Notes: a model not told the origin generated them from the sequence alone. Counted from the stretch's first letter, positions 16,499 through 25,514 are shown. The stretch: 64,000 nt of DNA from Betaproteobacteria bacterium (GCA_016194905.1 JACQAP010000009.1:77569-141568); one strand, 5' to 3'. Translations and numbers: made by a program.

Positions 16499-16517
16499 TT
16501 ACGGATGGGTTACGGAT
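16499..16517 (-). promoter_or_regulatory. Candidate SARP box: two TTACGGAT direct repeats with 11-bp period
   Basis: TTACGGAT is at 16499-16506 and again at 16510-16517. They sit in the 55-73-bp gap between the R2 stop (16532) and the S2 start, 41-59 nt upstream of the S2 ATG. Confidence 0.45.
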
Positions 16518-16531
16518 TTCCGCCTTGACGG

Positions 16532-19500
16532 TCAGTTGCCCTGAATGGACTTGAACAGCCGCTCGCTTTGCGGGGAAGGTTGAATGCCGAGCGTGACGGA
16601 AAGGGTCTGACGCAGACGTCGGTATACCGCCATGGCCTCTGCGCGGCGGTCCTGCTGCATGTGGCAACGCATCAGGCCCTGGTAGAGCTCCTCGGCAAGG
16701 TCGTCGGAATCGATGCCCTTCTGGTAGAGCAGCACCGCAACCTCAAGTCGGCCTTCGCTCTCGTACTGTCGGCCGGTTCGCGATACATAGTGCAGGAACT
16801 GGCTGCGCAAGCGCTCGCGCATCGGGACGGCCCATGACGCATCGGTGTCTTCGCACAGAAAGTGGCCACGATAGAGCCGCCAGACGGGATCGATCATGTC
16901 CGGCACCTGCACAGCGTCAAGCGCGCGCTCGCGGCCGGAGATCATTCGTTCAAATGCCCGGGTGTCGACCCAGCATTTGCGCGGATCCAGCGATATCAGG
17001 CCTTCGGACAACTGCAGTACGTCGGCATGATCGAGCAGCTTGCGCAGCCGATGCAGGCTCACCGCAAGCGTTTCGTGAGCCGCATCTCCGCTCTCGTCGG
17101 GCCACAGCGCATCGATCAGCTTTTGTTCAGGCACGGCAGTGGCGCCGAAAGCTACAATTGCCTTGAGCAGAGCAAGCGTTTTCTTGGGCGCCTTGCGCGA
17201 AAACACCAACGGCTCGCCGTCGACTTCGATCCGGAATTCGCCGAGCGTATGAATTTTGACCGGCCAAGGCCAGTCCGGTACGTCGGACTCGCGCGGAGGC
17301 ACCTCGAATTTTCGAATGTATTCCCGTATGTAGGGCACCTCGATACCCGCCTGTAAAGCTTCCGCGACCATCCAGTCGAACATTGGGACGCAACCGCGCG
17401 CATAAGGCCAGGCATTGAACTCCTTTCCCATCACGATCGATTCGGCCAGTTGTTGACGTGCGCGAACGCGGTCGCCACGCAGGTTCGAGATGAATGCACG
17501 GCACTGCAGGATTGACGGTCGATAGCGCTCCATGAAGGTGCCCTCCGAAGCAATCCATGCCTCATCCAGCCATTTTTCGGCAAGCTCGATTTCGCCGACC
17601 ATAGCCGGTGCCGGTGCGCATTGAGCCCGCCACGCGACGTAGAAGAAAGGTGCGCCCAGTTTGGTCGCCGACTCCACGGCAACTTTTGCGTGATACGCGG
17701 CCCCAGAGGCATCTCCCGTGCTGATGGCTATGAAACACCTCGCGAGGTGGAATTGCGCCATGTTCATGGGCTGCCCCTGGCTGAAAGTGCCCTCCAGTCC
17801 GGCCACTGAAGCTTTTGCCGCCGAGAATTCCCGCCATGCGACCGCGTAATAAGTGCGGAAACAATGTGAAAAGAACTCCGTCTGCCTCAGTCCGTTCGCA
17901 GACGCAATCCGGTCAGAGTGCTCCAATGCCTGCACTGTCAGATCGCGATCTCCGGCCCGGTGATACTGATATCCGACAAACATCCACCACCACGCCTTGT
18001 TCAGCGGGGTAACCTCGGGACGTTCGACGAGTGGGCCGATGCGTACCACGATTGCGCGCGCCCGTGATGGCTCCATTGCAAGGGTGTGGTAAATCATGAG
18101 ACCGGTTGCCGCCGCGACAATCTGGTTCCGGTCGCCGTCCCCTTGCAAGAGCTCGGTGAGCCGAGTGACGACGCTGCCCATCAGGGGGTGCCCAGTGTGG
18201 CGATAGGTAAACGCAATCATCAACGCACCCAGCACGTGGATCTCATCTGCGGCGCTGGCAAAGGCCGGTCTTTCGGCAAGAATGGACCCGATCTCTTCCA
18301 CCCACCGGTCGAGGGGTTGGAAATTTGTGTACTCGAGGTAGTAGGTGCGGATAATCCAAGCCGCGGACACAAGTTGGCCGACACCGTCCGCGTTCGTCCT
18401 GAAGGCTTCAAAGGCTCGTTCAAACAGTCCTCGCGCATCGGGCACTCCTTCATAAACGCGGGCGCTGCCGGCCCAGTACAGCAACCAGGGGTTAAGCTGC
18501 ACCAGATCGTTCGGCAGATCGCGTATCCAGTCGCGCAACGTCTGCCATCGCCCTTGTGCGAGCAACTGGGGCGCAAGCGAATGAACCACGCCCGCTGCAT
18601 CCAGCCAAAGTTTCGCGTCTCTTAGTAGTGGAAAGGCTGCTTCCAGCGCGCCTTTATCGCGCATCATCAAGCCGGCGCACGCGAGCAGTTCGCGAATCTC
18701 TGTTTCCGAGATCGAGTCCTGCAATCGCCTGCCAAGAAAGTCCCGGAATAGATCGTGATATTGATACCGCTGTTCATTCGCGCCGCGCTTGTAAGTAAAT
18801 AGGTGCCGCCTGCACAACGAGTCGAGCAGCACTTCCGCATGGGTGTTGCCGCTGAGCGCTACGGCGGCATCGACCGAAAATGAGGAGAAGACCGAAGTCC
18901 TGAGGAGAGTGTTTTTGTCGCTCACCGATGCCGCGTCGAAGATTTGAGTCGCAAAGTAATCGAATGTGGCATCTTTCGCGAGGCTATCGATCTCGGCATC
19001 GCCGGCAAGCCGCCCGCGAAAGCGCTCCACGGTGAGCGTCAATCCCGCCGCCCATCCGTCGGACTTCTCATACAGCTTTTCCAGTACGCGAGGGTCGATG
19101 TCCCCCCGGGCCTTTGCGATCGCATGCGCCTCGTCGGGAGTAAGCCTCAGATCCTCCCATCCAATTTGAGCGACGGCCTCGCTGGCGACATGTCGCGAAA
19201 ACTCCGGCGGCGGTTCGGTGCGACTGATGCAGACAAGGTTGACATGCTCCGGCACTTCCGGGACCGCAGCGCTCAGTACCCGCGGGATCGCCCCTTGTTG
19301 TGGAACATCCTGAAAGTTATCGAAGACGAAAAAACTGTTCTCCGGCGCGCGCGCGAAGAGATCCCGGAAGTAGCGTCTGGCAAAGCCTTCGAGGTCGGGT
19401 AGGTACTCGGCAGTCAGCAGGGGGAGGGGCTGCGACTTGCGGGCGAACGACTGGGCCGATTCGGTGAGGTAATAAAAGAACGTCGACACGTCGGCATCTC

Positions 19501-19711
19501 CAAGGTCGACGTGATACCAGACGCCCGCCCGTTCGCGGGATTCCAGATAGCTCGCGATGAGCACGGTCTTGCCGGCACCGGGCGGTCCGGCAACCCAGAT
19601 CGCAGGATGCTTGCGCTTCTCGTCGAGCAGCCTGAACAGCCGCTCGCGCGGCACCGCGTCATAAAGACGCGGGCGCGAAAGCTTGGCCAGTTGCTGCGGC
19701 TTCTTCGACAC
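16532..19711 (-). CDS. MalT-type STAND P-loop ATPase with C-terminal SARP module, paralog R2
   Basis: 1059 aa. LAKLSRPRLY...VAGPPGAGKTVL, FVFDNFQDV, C-terminal WPWPVKIHTLGEFRIEVDGEPLVF...LWPDESGD...HRLRKLL and DDLAEELYQGLMRCH...YRRLRQTLSVTLGIQPSPQSERLF. Confidence 0.85.
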   Translation of the reverse strand: MSKKPQQLAKLSRPRLYDAVPRERLFRLLDEKRKHPAIWVAGPPGAGKTVLIASYLESRERAGVWYHVDLGDADVSTFFYYLTESAQSFARKSQPLPLLTAEYLPDLEGFARRYFRDLFARAPENSFFVFDNFQDVPQQGAIPRVLSAAVPEVPEHVNLVCISRTEPPPEFSRHVASEAVAQIGWEDLRLTPDEAHAIAKARGDIDPRVLEKLYEKSDGWAAGLTLTVERFRGRLAGDAEIDSLAKDATFDYFATQIFDAASVSDKNTLLRTSVFSSFSVDAAVALSGNTHAEVLLDSLCRRHLFTYKRGANEQRYQYHDLFRDFLGRRLQDSISETEIRELLACAGLMMRDKGALEAAFPLLRDAKLWLDAAGVVHSLAPQLLAQGRWQTLRDWIRDLPNDLVQLNPWLLYWAGSARVYEGVPDARGLFERAFEAFRTNADGVGQLVSAAWIIRTYYLEYTNFQPLDRWVEEIGSILAERPAFASAADEIHVLGALMIAFTYRHTGHPLMGSVVTRLTELLQGDGDRNQIVAAATGLMIYHTLAMEPSRARAIVVRIGPLVERPEVTPLNKAWWWMFVGYQYHRAGDRDLTVQALEHSDRIASANGLRQTEFFSHCFRTYYAVAWREFSAAKASVAGLEGTFSQGQPMNMAQFHLARCFIAISTGDASGAAYHAKVAVESATKLGAPFFYVAWRAQCAPAPAMVGEIELAEKWLDEAWIASEGTFMERYRPSILQCRAFISNLRGDRVRARQQLAESIVMGKEFNAWPYARGCVPMFDWMVAEALQAGIEVPYIREYIRKFEVPPRESDVPDWPWPVKIHTLGEFRIEVDGEPLVFSRKAPKKTLALLKAIVAFGATAVPEQKLIDALWPDESGDAAHETLAVSLHRLRKLLDHADVLQLSEGLISLDPRKCWVDTRAFERMISGRERALDAVQVPDMIDPVWRLYRGHFLCEDTDASWAVPMRERLRSQFLHYVSRTGRQYESEGRLEVAVLLYQKGIDSDDLAEELYQGLMRCHMQQDRRAEAMAVYRRLRQTLSVTLGIQPSPQSERLFKSIQGN

Positions 19712-19893
19712 GCCCCCTCCTGCCGAATCCGAATCGATCTGCGGCAGATGATAGCGCGGGAGATTTGTAAAACGCTATGCCTTTATCATTTCCGTGGAGC
19801 GAAATAATCCGTTTGGCGATTACCGCGGCAGCCGAAAGAGGTCGTGGACTGTTTGCACCAGCAATTCCGGTTGCTCTCCGTGAACCCGAGGCC

Positions 19894-20250
19894 CTAACGG
19901 CAGGAAGCGGCCATGACCGGCCGCCATGCCGATTGCGTATCCTCAAGATACTGCCTCTGTACCGCCAGTGCCTCCTGCTCGCGGGTCATCCATTCTGCGC
20001 AGTCGCGCGCCTCGCCGCGCCTCGCGAACTGCCGGTGATGCTCCAGCTCATGCAGCACGATCGACAACCAGCGCGGGTCCGTCCAGTTGATATCGTTCCT
20101 GATATACAGTTGACCCTTGTCATACGCCGCCTCGCAAGGGCAGGGCATGGCCTCTCTTGGCACGATCAGCACCACAGGAAACTCTTCCGGGATGGGCTCC
20201 GTCGTGAGCGTCCGCAGTACTAGCAGCAATTCGACCAGAGTGCTTTTCAT
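19894..20250 (-). CDS. HExxH-motif protein (family P, cytoplasmic paralog)
   Basis: 118 aa from the ATG at 20250 (the track start at 20280 is GTG). SIVLHELEHHRQ...REQEALAVQRQYL aligns with SVLLHELVHYVQ...REQEAYAIQKIFL of 25515..26129. Confidence 0.65.
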   Translation of the reverse strand: MKSTLVELLLVLRTLTTEPIPEEFPVVLIVPREAMPCPCEAAYDKGQLYIRNDINWTDPRWLSIVLHELEHHRQFARRGEARDCAEWMTREQEALAVQRQYLEDTQSAWRPVMAASCR

Positions 20251-20345
20251 CGGCGCAATTTTTCCTGCCTCGTCAAGCACGCCGCCGAAGTGATGTGAGA
20301 AAGGCCTCGCCGCGGCTGTTGCTGGGCTTTACTCGGGAGAGAGTC

Positions 20346-20479
20346 ATTGCCTAATTGCACCGCGCGAGGCCTGTAAACGTGCGTGTTCGTGGTCATCACT
20401 TGCCGCGCAACTATTGCGCAGGAAGGTGGCTACGCTATTGCACGCATACTTACAGATGGCTAACTAATTGCAGAATTGC
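20346..20479. promoter_or_regulatory. ATTGC-repeat region in the R3/P1 intergenic gap
   Basis: Six ATTGC copies start at 20346, 20354, 20413, 20437, 20467 and 20475. The 9-mer CTAATTGCA occurs twice (20351, 20464). The palindrome GCGCAA-cta-TTGCGC is at 20405-20419. Confidence 0.35.
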
Positions 20480-20591
20480 CGTGTGGAAACTACCAACGAG
20501 CCTTATTTCCCCGTCGGAGATTGACCGTGGCGGCCGCCACGCGAGGCCAATATGGAATCGGGGAGGTGACTTTTCGCTTACATGAACGCGA

Positions 20592-23500
20592 TCAGCGGCT
20601 GGAAAGTTTCCGGAACAGCTCCTCGGTCGCCGGAGATGGCTGGACGCCGTGGACCCGGGTAAGCAGTTCGCGCATCCGGCGATAGGCTTCGAGCGCCTCC
20701 GGCGTGCGACCCACCTGATGGTGGCAGCGCATCAGGCCCTGATGGAAGGTCTCCGCGAGTTCGTCAGCCTCAATGCCCCGAATGTATAGATCGAGCGCCT
20801 CTTCGTGGCGCCCCTCCTGCTCGAACCGGCGAGCGGCCGAACTGACTAGTTCGAGATAACGCGCGCGCAATTTGTCCCGGGTGGAGAAAGCCCAATGCGC
20901 GTCGTCATCGTCGGGGAGGAAGGATCCGCGGTAGAGTTTAATTGCCCGCATCGTCTGGGCGTGTATCGGTCCGGGTGCGCGCGTGCCTGCGCTTTCCGAT
21001 TCGAACGCCAATGAATCGACCCATACGCGACCCGGATCGAGAGAGATGCGGCCTTCACGTTCCGTGATGAGATCATTCTTCCCGAGCAATCTGCGAAGCC
21101 GATGCAATGCGGTGGTAAAGGATTGGTGCGCGGTGTCGCCGTCCTCGTCCGGCCAGAGGGCATCGGCAAGTTTCCGCTCGGTAACTTCCTTGCCGCCGAA
21201 AGATATGATGGCCTTGAGCAACGAAAGCAGTTTTTTCGGCGTCTTGGCGGCAAACACCAGCGGCTCTCCATCGAGTTCGACGGAAAATTGTCCGAGGCTG
21301 CGGATTTTCACCGGCCACGGCCAGACCTCCAGATACGGCTCAGGCGCCTCAAGGCCGAATTCTCGGATGAAGGCAAGCGCTCTTTGAACATGAATCCCGC
21401 GTTCCATGGCAGCGGCCGCCAGCATCGCGGCCCATCCCCAGCACCAGGCCAGCATGTGCCCATACTGGTCCATGCCGTGGCGTTCGTGCGCGAAAATCCT
21501 GTTCAATCTGTCGTCCAGCACCGGCAAATCGCCTTGCCTCAGTGCCATGATTGCCTCGGCCGCATCGGGCGCAAAACGTGCCCATTCCATGTTTACGCGA
21601 TCGGACGAGCGGCGATGCTCTTCGATCCATCTCCGGCCCGCGACATGATCACCCGACTCGACGGTTCCCCAGATCAGGCCGGTCAGCGCCATGAAAATAT
21701 GAGGAATCGATCCGGCTTCGACATACAGTTCGTAGGCCCGCGCGCCATGGCTCAGCGGCGACGCTGGGTCACCCGTGTACACGCCAAACCAGGACTTCAT
21801 GTTCACCAGGGACGCAACCTCATAGGGTTGCGCAGGGATCATGATCTCTTCGAAGCGCTCGATGCGGCGTCGGCCCGACTCGATGCGTCGCTGGTCCATG
21901 TCGAAGTAGAAACCGAGGATGCACGCGAAGCGCTCCGCAATATGCATCCCTTCATCGCTGGCGATCGACAGGTTTCTTGCCACGGCCTGCTCACCGAGCG
22001 AAACATCGCTGGCGTTGCAGGCATACCAGTTGATGACTGCCCAGGCGAAGATCCTCCGGAAGACGGTGACGGCAGGATCTGCGAGCAACGGCGTAAGCAG
22101 CACAGCGGCTCGTCGGCTAACCTGCAGATGTCCGGTAAAGCTTCCATACAAGGTAAGATAAGTCGCCGCCGTTACGCGAAGATTGACGTCCGCGCCGGTC
22201 CGAAGCAATTCATCGACTCGAACCACGCACTGGTCAATCCGCTTGTGGTCCGGCATCCGGTAAACAAGCGCGATCAGCATGGCCGATTGCGCGCGCAACT
22301 CCGCATTCGGCTCCATCGAGCGCATTTGCGGCTCGAACATCCTTTCCAGAACGGGAATCCAACGATCCAACGGTGTGAACACCGCGTACTCGAGAAAATA
22401 GGCTTCGACCATGCCGGCCGCCGTCTGTACCTGGCACAGCAGATCATCTTCTCTGATCGACTGTTGGCAGGCTCGTTCCAGAATTGAGCGGGCACGCGGC
22501 GGATCAACCCCGATCCACGCGGTGCCCAGCCAGTGCAGCAGCCAGCAGTTCTTCGCCACCAGTTCCTCGGGCAGTTCGCCGACCCAATCCACGACCATTC
22601 TCCAGCGCCCTTGCGAGATAAAGCGCATGGCCTCGTGCAGCACAAGCGCCTGCGCCCCAGCCCAGTCCCGCGCTTCGACATGAAGCGCCATGGCGGCTTC
22701 AACCTCTCCCACCTGCTCCAGTTGTTGTGCCGCCAGGCGGGCAATTGCGCCTTGCTGAGACGGACTCAGCTCCTGGCGCGCACGATGCCTCAGGAAGGCA
22801 CGGAACAGCGCGTGGAACTGATAGACCGGTTCTGCGCTCCGGCGCCGGTCAGTGAACAAATGACGGCGATAGAGTTGTTCAAGCAACCGGGCCGCAGAGA
22901 CATTTCCGGTCAGCGCTTCAGCCATGGATTCCGGAATGTTGGGCGGGTAACTCAACAGCAGGAGCATGCGGCGGGTTTCCGCGTCAGCGCGGTCGAACAA
23001 CTGCCCGGCGAAATAGCCGAACACTTCCTGCAGGGAATCCGGCGCGGACAGATCTTCGATGCTTGCGCCGCGCTGCAGACGCTCCGCCAGCAGGATCAGA
23101 CCTGCCGCCCAGCCGCCGGAGCGCTCATGCAATTCATCGAGCAGCCGATCATCCATTGGCGCATGTTGATGCACGATCTGCCTTGTTTCCTCGCGCGTGA
23201 GTTTCAACGGTTCCCATTCGATCAGTGCCAACGTCCGGTTCGCGCTCAGGAGGGCGAATTCTCCGTCGGGCACGACTCGGCTCACGATGACAACCGGGAT
23301 GCCGTGCGGGGCATTCTCGATCGCAATCCGGACGACTTCATGGAAGACGGCTTCGCTGCCTGCCTCTTGGAAATTGTCCAGCACCAGAACCGCCGGCGCT
23401 GACAGACGACTGAACAGCTCCCGGAAGTAACGCCGGGCAAAACCGGGAACATCGGCCAGGTGTTCGGGAGTCAGCAGGGGCAGCGGCCGCAGCTTGCGCG

Positions 23501-23783
23501 GCCGGCCGGACCGGGCACGCTCCGCGATGCCGAGGTAATAGAAGAAGCTCGCCGGGTCGGCATCCCCGGCATCGACCTGATACCAGATGCCGGACTTGCC
23601 GCGGCTTTTCAGCCAGCCCGCCACCAATGTGGTTTTGCCTGCGCCGGGGGGTGCCGCGATCCACAGGGCAGGATGCTCGCTCGCCTCGTCGAGAAGGCTG
23701 AACAAACGCTCTCTTGGCAGCGCGTCATAGAGCCGCGGCCGGCTCAGTTTTGCAAGCTGGGCTTTGCGCGAACCTACCGCCAT
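20592..23783 (-). CDS. MalT-type STAND P-loop ATPase with C-terminal SARP module, paralog R3
   Basis: 1063 aa. LAKLSRPRLY...IAAPPGAGKTTL, LVLDNFQEA, C-terminal WPWPVKIRSLGQFSVELDGEPLVF...LWPDEDGD...HRLRRLL and DELAETFHQGLMRCH...YRRMRELLTRVHGVQPSPATEELF. Confidence 0.85.
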   Translation of the reverse strand: MAVGSRKAQLAKLSRPRLYDALPRERLFSLLDEASEHPALWIAAPPGAGKTTLVAGWLKSRGKSGIWYQVDAGDADPASFFYYLGIAERARSGRPRKLRPLPLLTPEHLADVPGFARRYFRELFSRLSAPAVLVLDNFQEAGSEAVFHEVVRIAIENAPHGIPVVIVSRVVPDGEFALLSANRTLALIEWEPLKLTREETRQIVHQHAPMDDRLLDELHERSGGWAAGLILLAERLQRGASIEDLSAPDSLQEVFGYFAGQLFDRADAETRRMLLLLSYPPNIPESMAEALTGNVSAARLLEQLYRRHLFTDRRRSAEPVYQFHALFRAFLRHRARQELSPSQQGAIARLAAQQLEQVGEVEAAMALHVEARDWAGAQALVLHEAMRFISQGRWRMVVDWVGELPEELVAKNCWLLHWLGTAWIGVDPPRARSILERACQQSIREDDLLCQVQTAAGMVEAYFLEYAVFTPLDRWIPVLERMFEPQMRSMEPNAELRAQSAMLIALVYRMPDHKRIDQCVVRVDELLRTGADVNLRVTAATYLTLYGSFTGHLQVSRRAAVLLTPLLADPAVTVFRRIFAWAVINWYACNASDVSLGEQAVARNLSIASDEGMHIAERFACILGFYFDMDQRRIESGRRRIERFEEIMIPAQPYEVASLVNMKSWFGVYTGDPASPLSHGARAYELYVEAGSIPHIFMALTGLIWGTVESGDHVAGRRWIEEHRRSSDRVNMEWARFAPDAAEAIMALRQGDLPVLDDRLNRIFAHERHGMDQYGHMLAWCWGWAAMLAAAAMERGIHVQRALAFIREFGLEAPEPYLEVWPWPVKIRSLGQFSVELDGEPLVFAAKTPKKLLSLLKAIISFGGKEVTERKLADALWPDEDGDTAHQSFTTALHRLRRLLGKNDLITEREGRISLDPGRVWVDSLAFESESAGTRAPGPIHAQTMRAIKLYRGSFLPDDDDAHWAFSTRDKLRARYLELVSSAARRFEQEGRHEEALDLYIRGIEADELAETFHQGLMRCHHQVGRTPEALEAYRRMRELLTRVHGVQPSPATEELFRKLSSR

Positions 23784-24055
23784 CGTCCCCTCCCAAGGTC
23801 GAGTCCGGCTTCAAAAGCAGTGCCCATCCGGCACCACTTGACACCCTATGCTTTCTGCATTTTAGGAAGCTTTGAGGGAACCGGCCAGCAATGAATGACT
23901 GGCCAACTACAGATGAATAACGCCGAGCTGGTAACTTTTGGCTTACTTTTTATGAGCTGACCGGGTTTGAAGTACCCCATGGAGAGTTGGCGATGCCGAG
24001 CCAGAGACCGGAACGAACCGGATTCAGGCACCGCAAGGTCATTCCCCGGTATTCG

Positions 24056-25210
24056 CTACCGCAACGGCCGAAAGAACTCACGGATTTCCTGCGCCAGAAG
24101 TTCCGGCTGTTCGAGCGCAGCGAAGTGGCCGCCCTTCGGTATCCGGGTCCAGCGGCGTATGTCGCTGTACATTTTCTCCGCGAGCGAGCGCGGTGGCCTG
24201 AGGATCTCTTTCGGAAATTCCGCGTAACCCATCGGCACACCGATGCGCGCGCCATCGGGTATCGGCCACGGCCCGTGCATGCGCGCGTAGTACGGCCAGA
24301 ACGAGGAACCGATCGCGCCGGTGACCCAATAGAGCATGATGTTGGTCAGCATGTCGTCGCGGCCGAGATAGCCGTCGAGATCGCCGCGGTGATCGCTCCA
24401 GGTGTGGAATTTTTCGACGATCCAGGCCGCCAGGCCCACCGGCGAATCGGTCAGGCCATACGCCAGCGTCTGCGGCTTGGTGCCCTGGATCCACGTATAG
24501 CCGACTTCTTCTTTCATCCAGTGCGCCCGCTCCTCGAAGTAGCGCTTCTCCTCTTCGGTCGGATTTTCCGGCAGCGCGGTGTCGCGCCTGAGGCTAAGCA
24601 GGTTCAGGTGAATGCCGGCAAGCCGTTCTGGATATGCATAACCGAGCCGCGAGGTGACGAACCCGCCCCAGTCGCCGCCCTGCGCCGCAAAGCGCGTGAA
24701 GCCAAGCACATCCGTCATCAGTTCCGCAAACACGTCGGCAATCTGCTGGATGGAGAAGCGCTGCTGATGCGGTGTGAACGAAAACGTATAGCCCGGCAGC
24801 GACGGCGCGATCACGGTGAATGCATCCGCTGGGTCGCCGCCGAAGCGGCCCGGGTCGGTCAGCATCGGGATAATTTTGTGGAACTCGTGTATCGAGCCGG
24901 GCCACCCATGCGAGATCAGCAGCGGCATCGGTGCTGGGCCCTTGCTTTCTTCGCGGATGAAATGGACATCGATGCCGGCCAGCTTCACCTTGTACTGCTT
25001 GAAGCCGTTCAACTGCGCTTCGTGCTTGCGCCAGTCGTAACCATCGCGCCAGTATTCCACCAGCGATTTCAGGTAGGGCAAGTCGGTGCCGTACTGCCAA
25101 TGGTTTTCGGGCACCTCGTCGGGCCAGCGTACGCGTGTCAACCGGGCCCTGAGATCGGCAAGCACGTCATCGCCGACGTGCAGGGAAAAGGGTGTCAGGT
25201 TTGCAGCCAT
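24056..25210 (-). CDS. Epoxide hydrolase (microsomal/EHN-domain type)
   Basis: ATG at 25210 is preceded by GGAG. The N-terminal EHN pattern is present (F.LHV.D..L.DL..RL...RWPDE......W.YG.....L..L..YW...YDWR). HGWPGS motif and alpha/beta hydrolase core are present. Confidence 0.85.
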   Translation of the reverse strand: MAANLTPFSLHVGDDVLADLRARLTRVRWPDEVPENHWQYGTDLPYLKSLVEYWRDGYDWRKHEAQLNGFKQYKVKLAGIDVHFIREESKGPAPMPLLISHGWPGSIHEFHKIIPMLTDPGRFGGDPADAFTVIAPSLPGYTFSFTPHQQRFSIQQIADVFAELMTDVLGFTRFAAQGGDWGGFVTSRLGYAYPERLAGIHLNLLSLRRDTALPENPTEEEKRYFEERAHWMKEEVGYTWIQGTKPQTLAYGLTDSPVGLAAWIVEKFHTWSDHRGDLDGYLGRDDMLTNIMLYWVTGAIGSSFWPYYARMHGPWPIPDGARIGVPMGYAEFPKEILRPPRSLAEKMYSDIRRWTRIPKGGHFAALEQPELLAQEIREFFRPLR

Positions 25211-25321
25211 GGCTATCTCCGCATTCGGAAGCCGCATTGTTCGCCACGCAAGGCAGCGCCGTCCAATACATTGCGCACGGCGGATTGATAGCTGCCGGGA
25301 ATTGAACGGGTCAACCCGTTA

Positions 25322-25494
25322 ACCGCAAAGGCGCAAAGGAAACGCGAAGGAAAGCAATGCGAGAAAAGGACTGAAGGGAATTGATCATCACTGCCAATTG
25401 CCAATGTTGACGCTACATGTGCAACCGACTTTTGGCCCCGACCCATTACCTGGATTTTCTTTGCGTTCCCTTTGCGCCTTCGCGTCTTTGCGGT
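25322..25494. repeat. Intergenic palindromic element E5 (CGCAAAGG/CGCGAAGG word arms)
   Basis: Left arm 25322-25357 (accgcaaaggcgcaaaggaaacgcgaaggaaagcaa). Right arm 25457-25494 (ttctttgcgttccctttgcgccttcgcgtctttgcggt). They are imperfect reverse complements with permuted words. Confidence 0.8.
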
Positions 25495-25514
25495 GAAGAC
25501 CTTTCGGCGCAGGT

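Noticed and set aside
20355-20585. 76-aa and 69-aa plus-strand ORFs in the R3/P1 intergenic gap.
   Set aside because: They have no RBS, are read against the local gene direction, lie in a repeat-containing AT-richer region, and have unremarkable composition. I treat the region as regulatory DNA.
21102-22487. 461-aa plus-strand ORF (and 22533..23402, 8192..9058, 18086..18625 and others) antisense to the STAND regulators.
   Set aside because: The regulator frames are supported by three-way paralog conservation and clear motifs. The antisense ORFs have none and show off-frame composition.
8081-23783. Whether the three STAND ATPases are Avs/NLR-like antiphage defence proteins.
   Set aside because: The variable effector position carries a DNA-binding SARP module, not a nuclease, protease, TIR or other killing domain. 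The N-terminus is MalT-like. A transcription-factor role is the better-supported reading.
23881-23903. Hairpin GGCCAG-caatgaatga-CTGGCC between the epoxide hydrolase stop and the R3 start.
   Set aside because: There is no U-tract on either strand, and it lies 150 bp from the nearest stop codon. Evidence is insufficient to call a terminator or operator.
23987-25288. 433-aa plus-strand ORF opposite the epoxide hydrolase gene.
   Set aside because: The minus-strand frame carries the full EHN plus alpha/beta hydrolase pattern. The plus-strand ORF is Arg-rich shadow.
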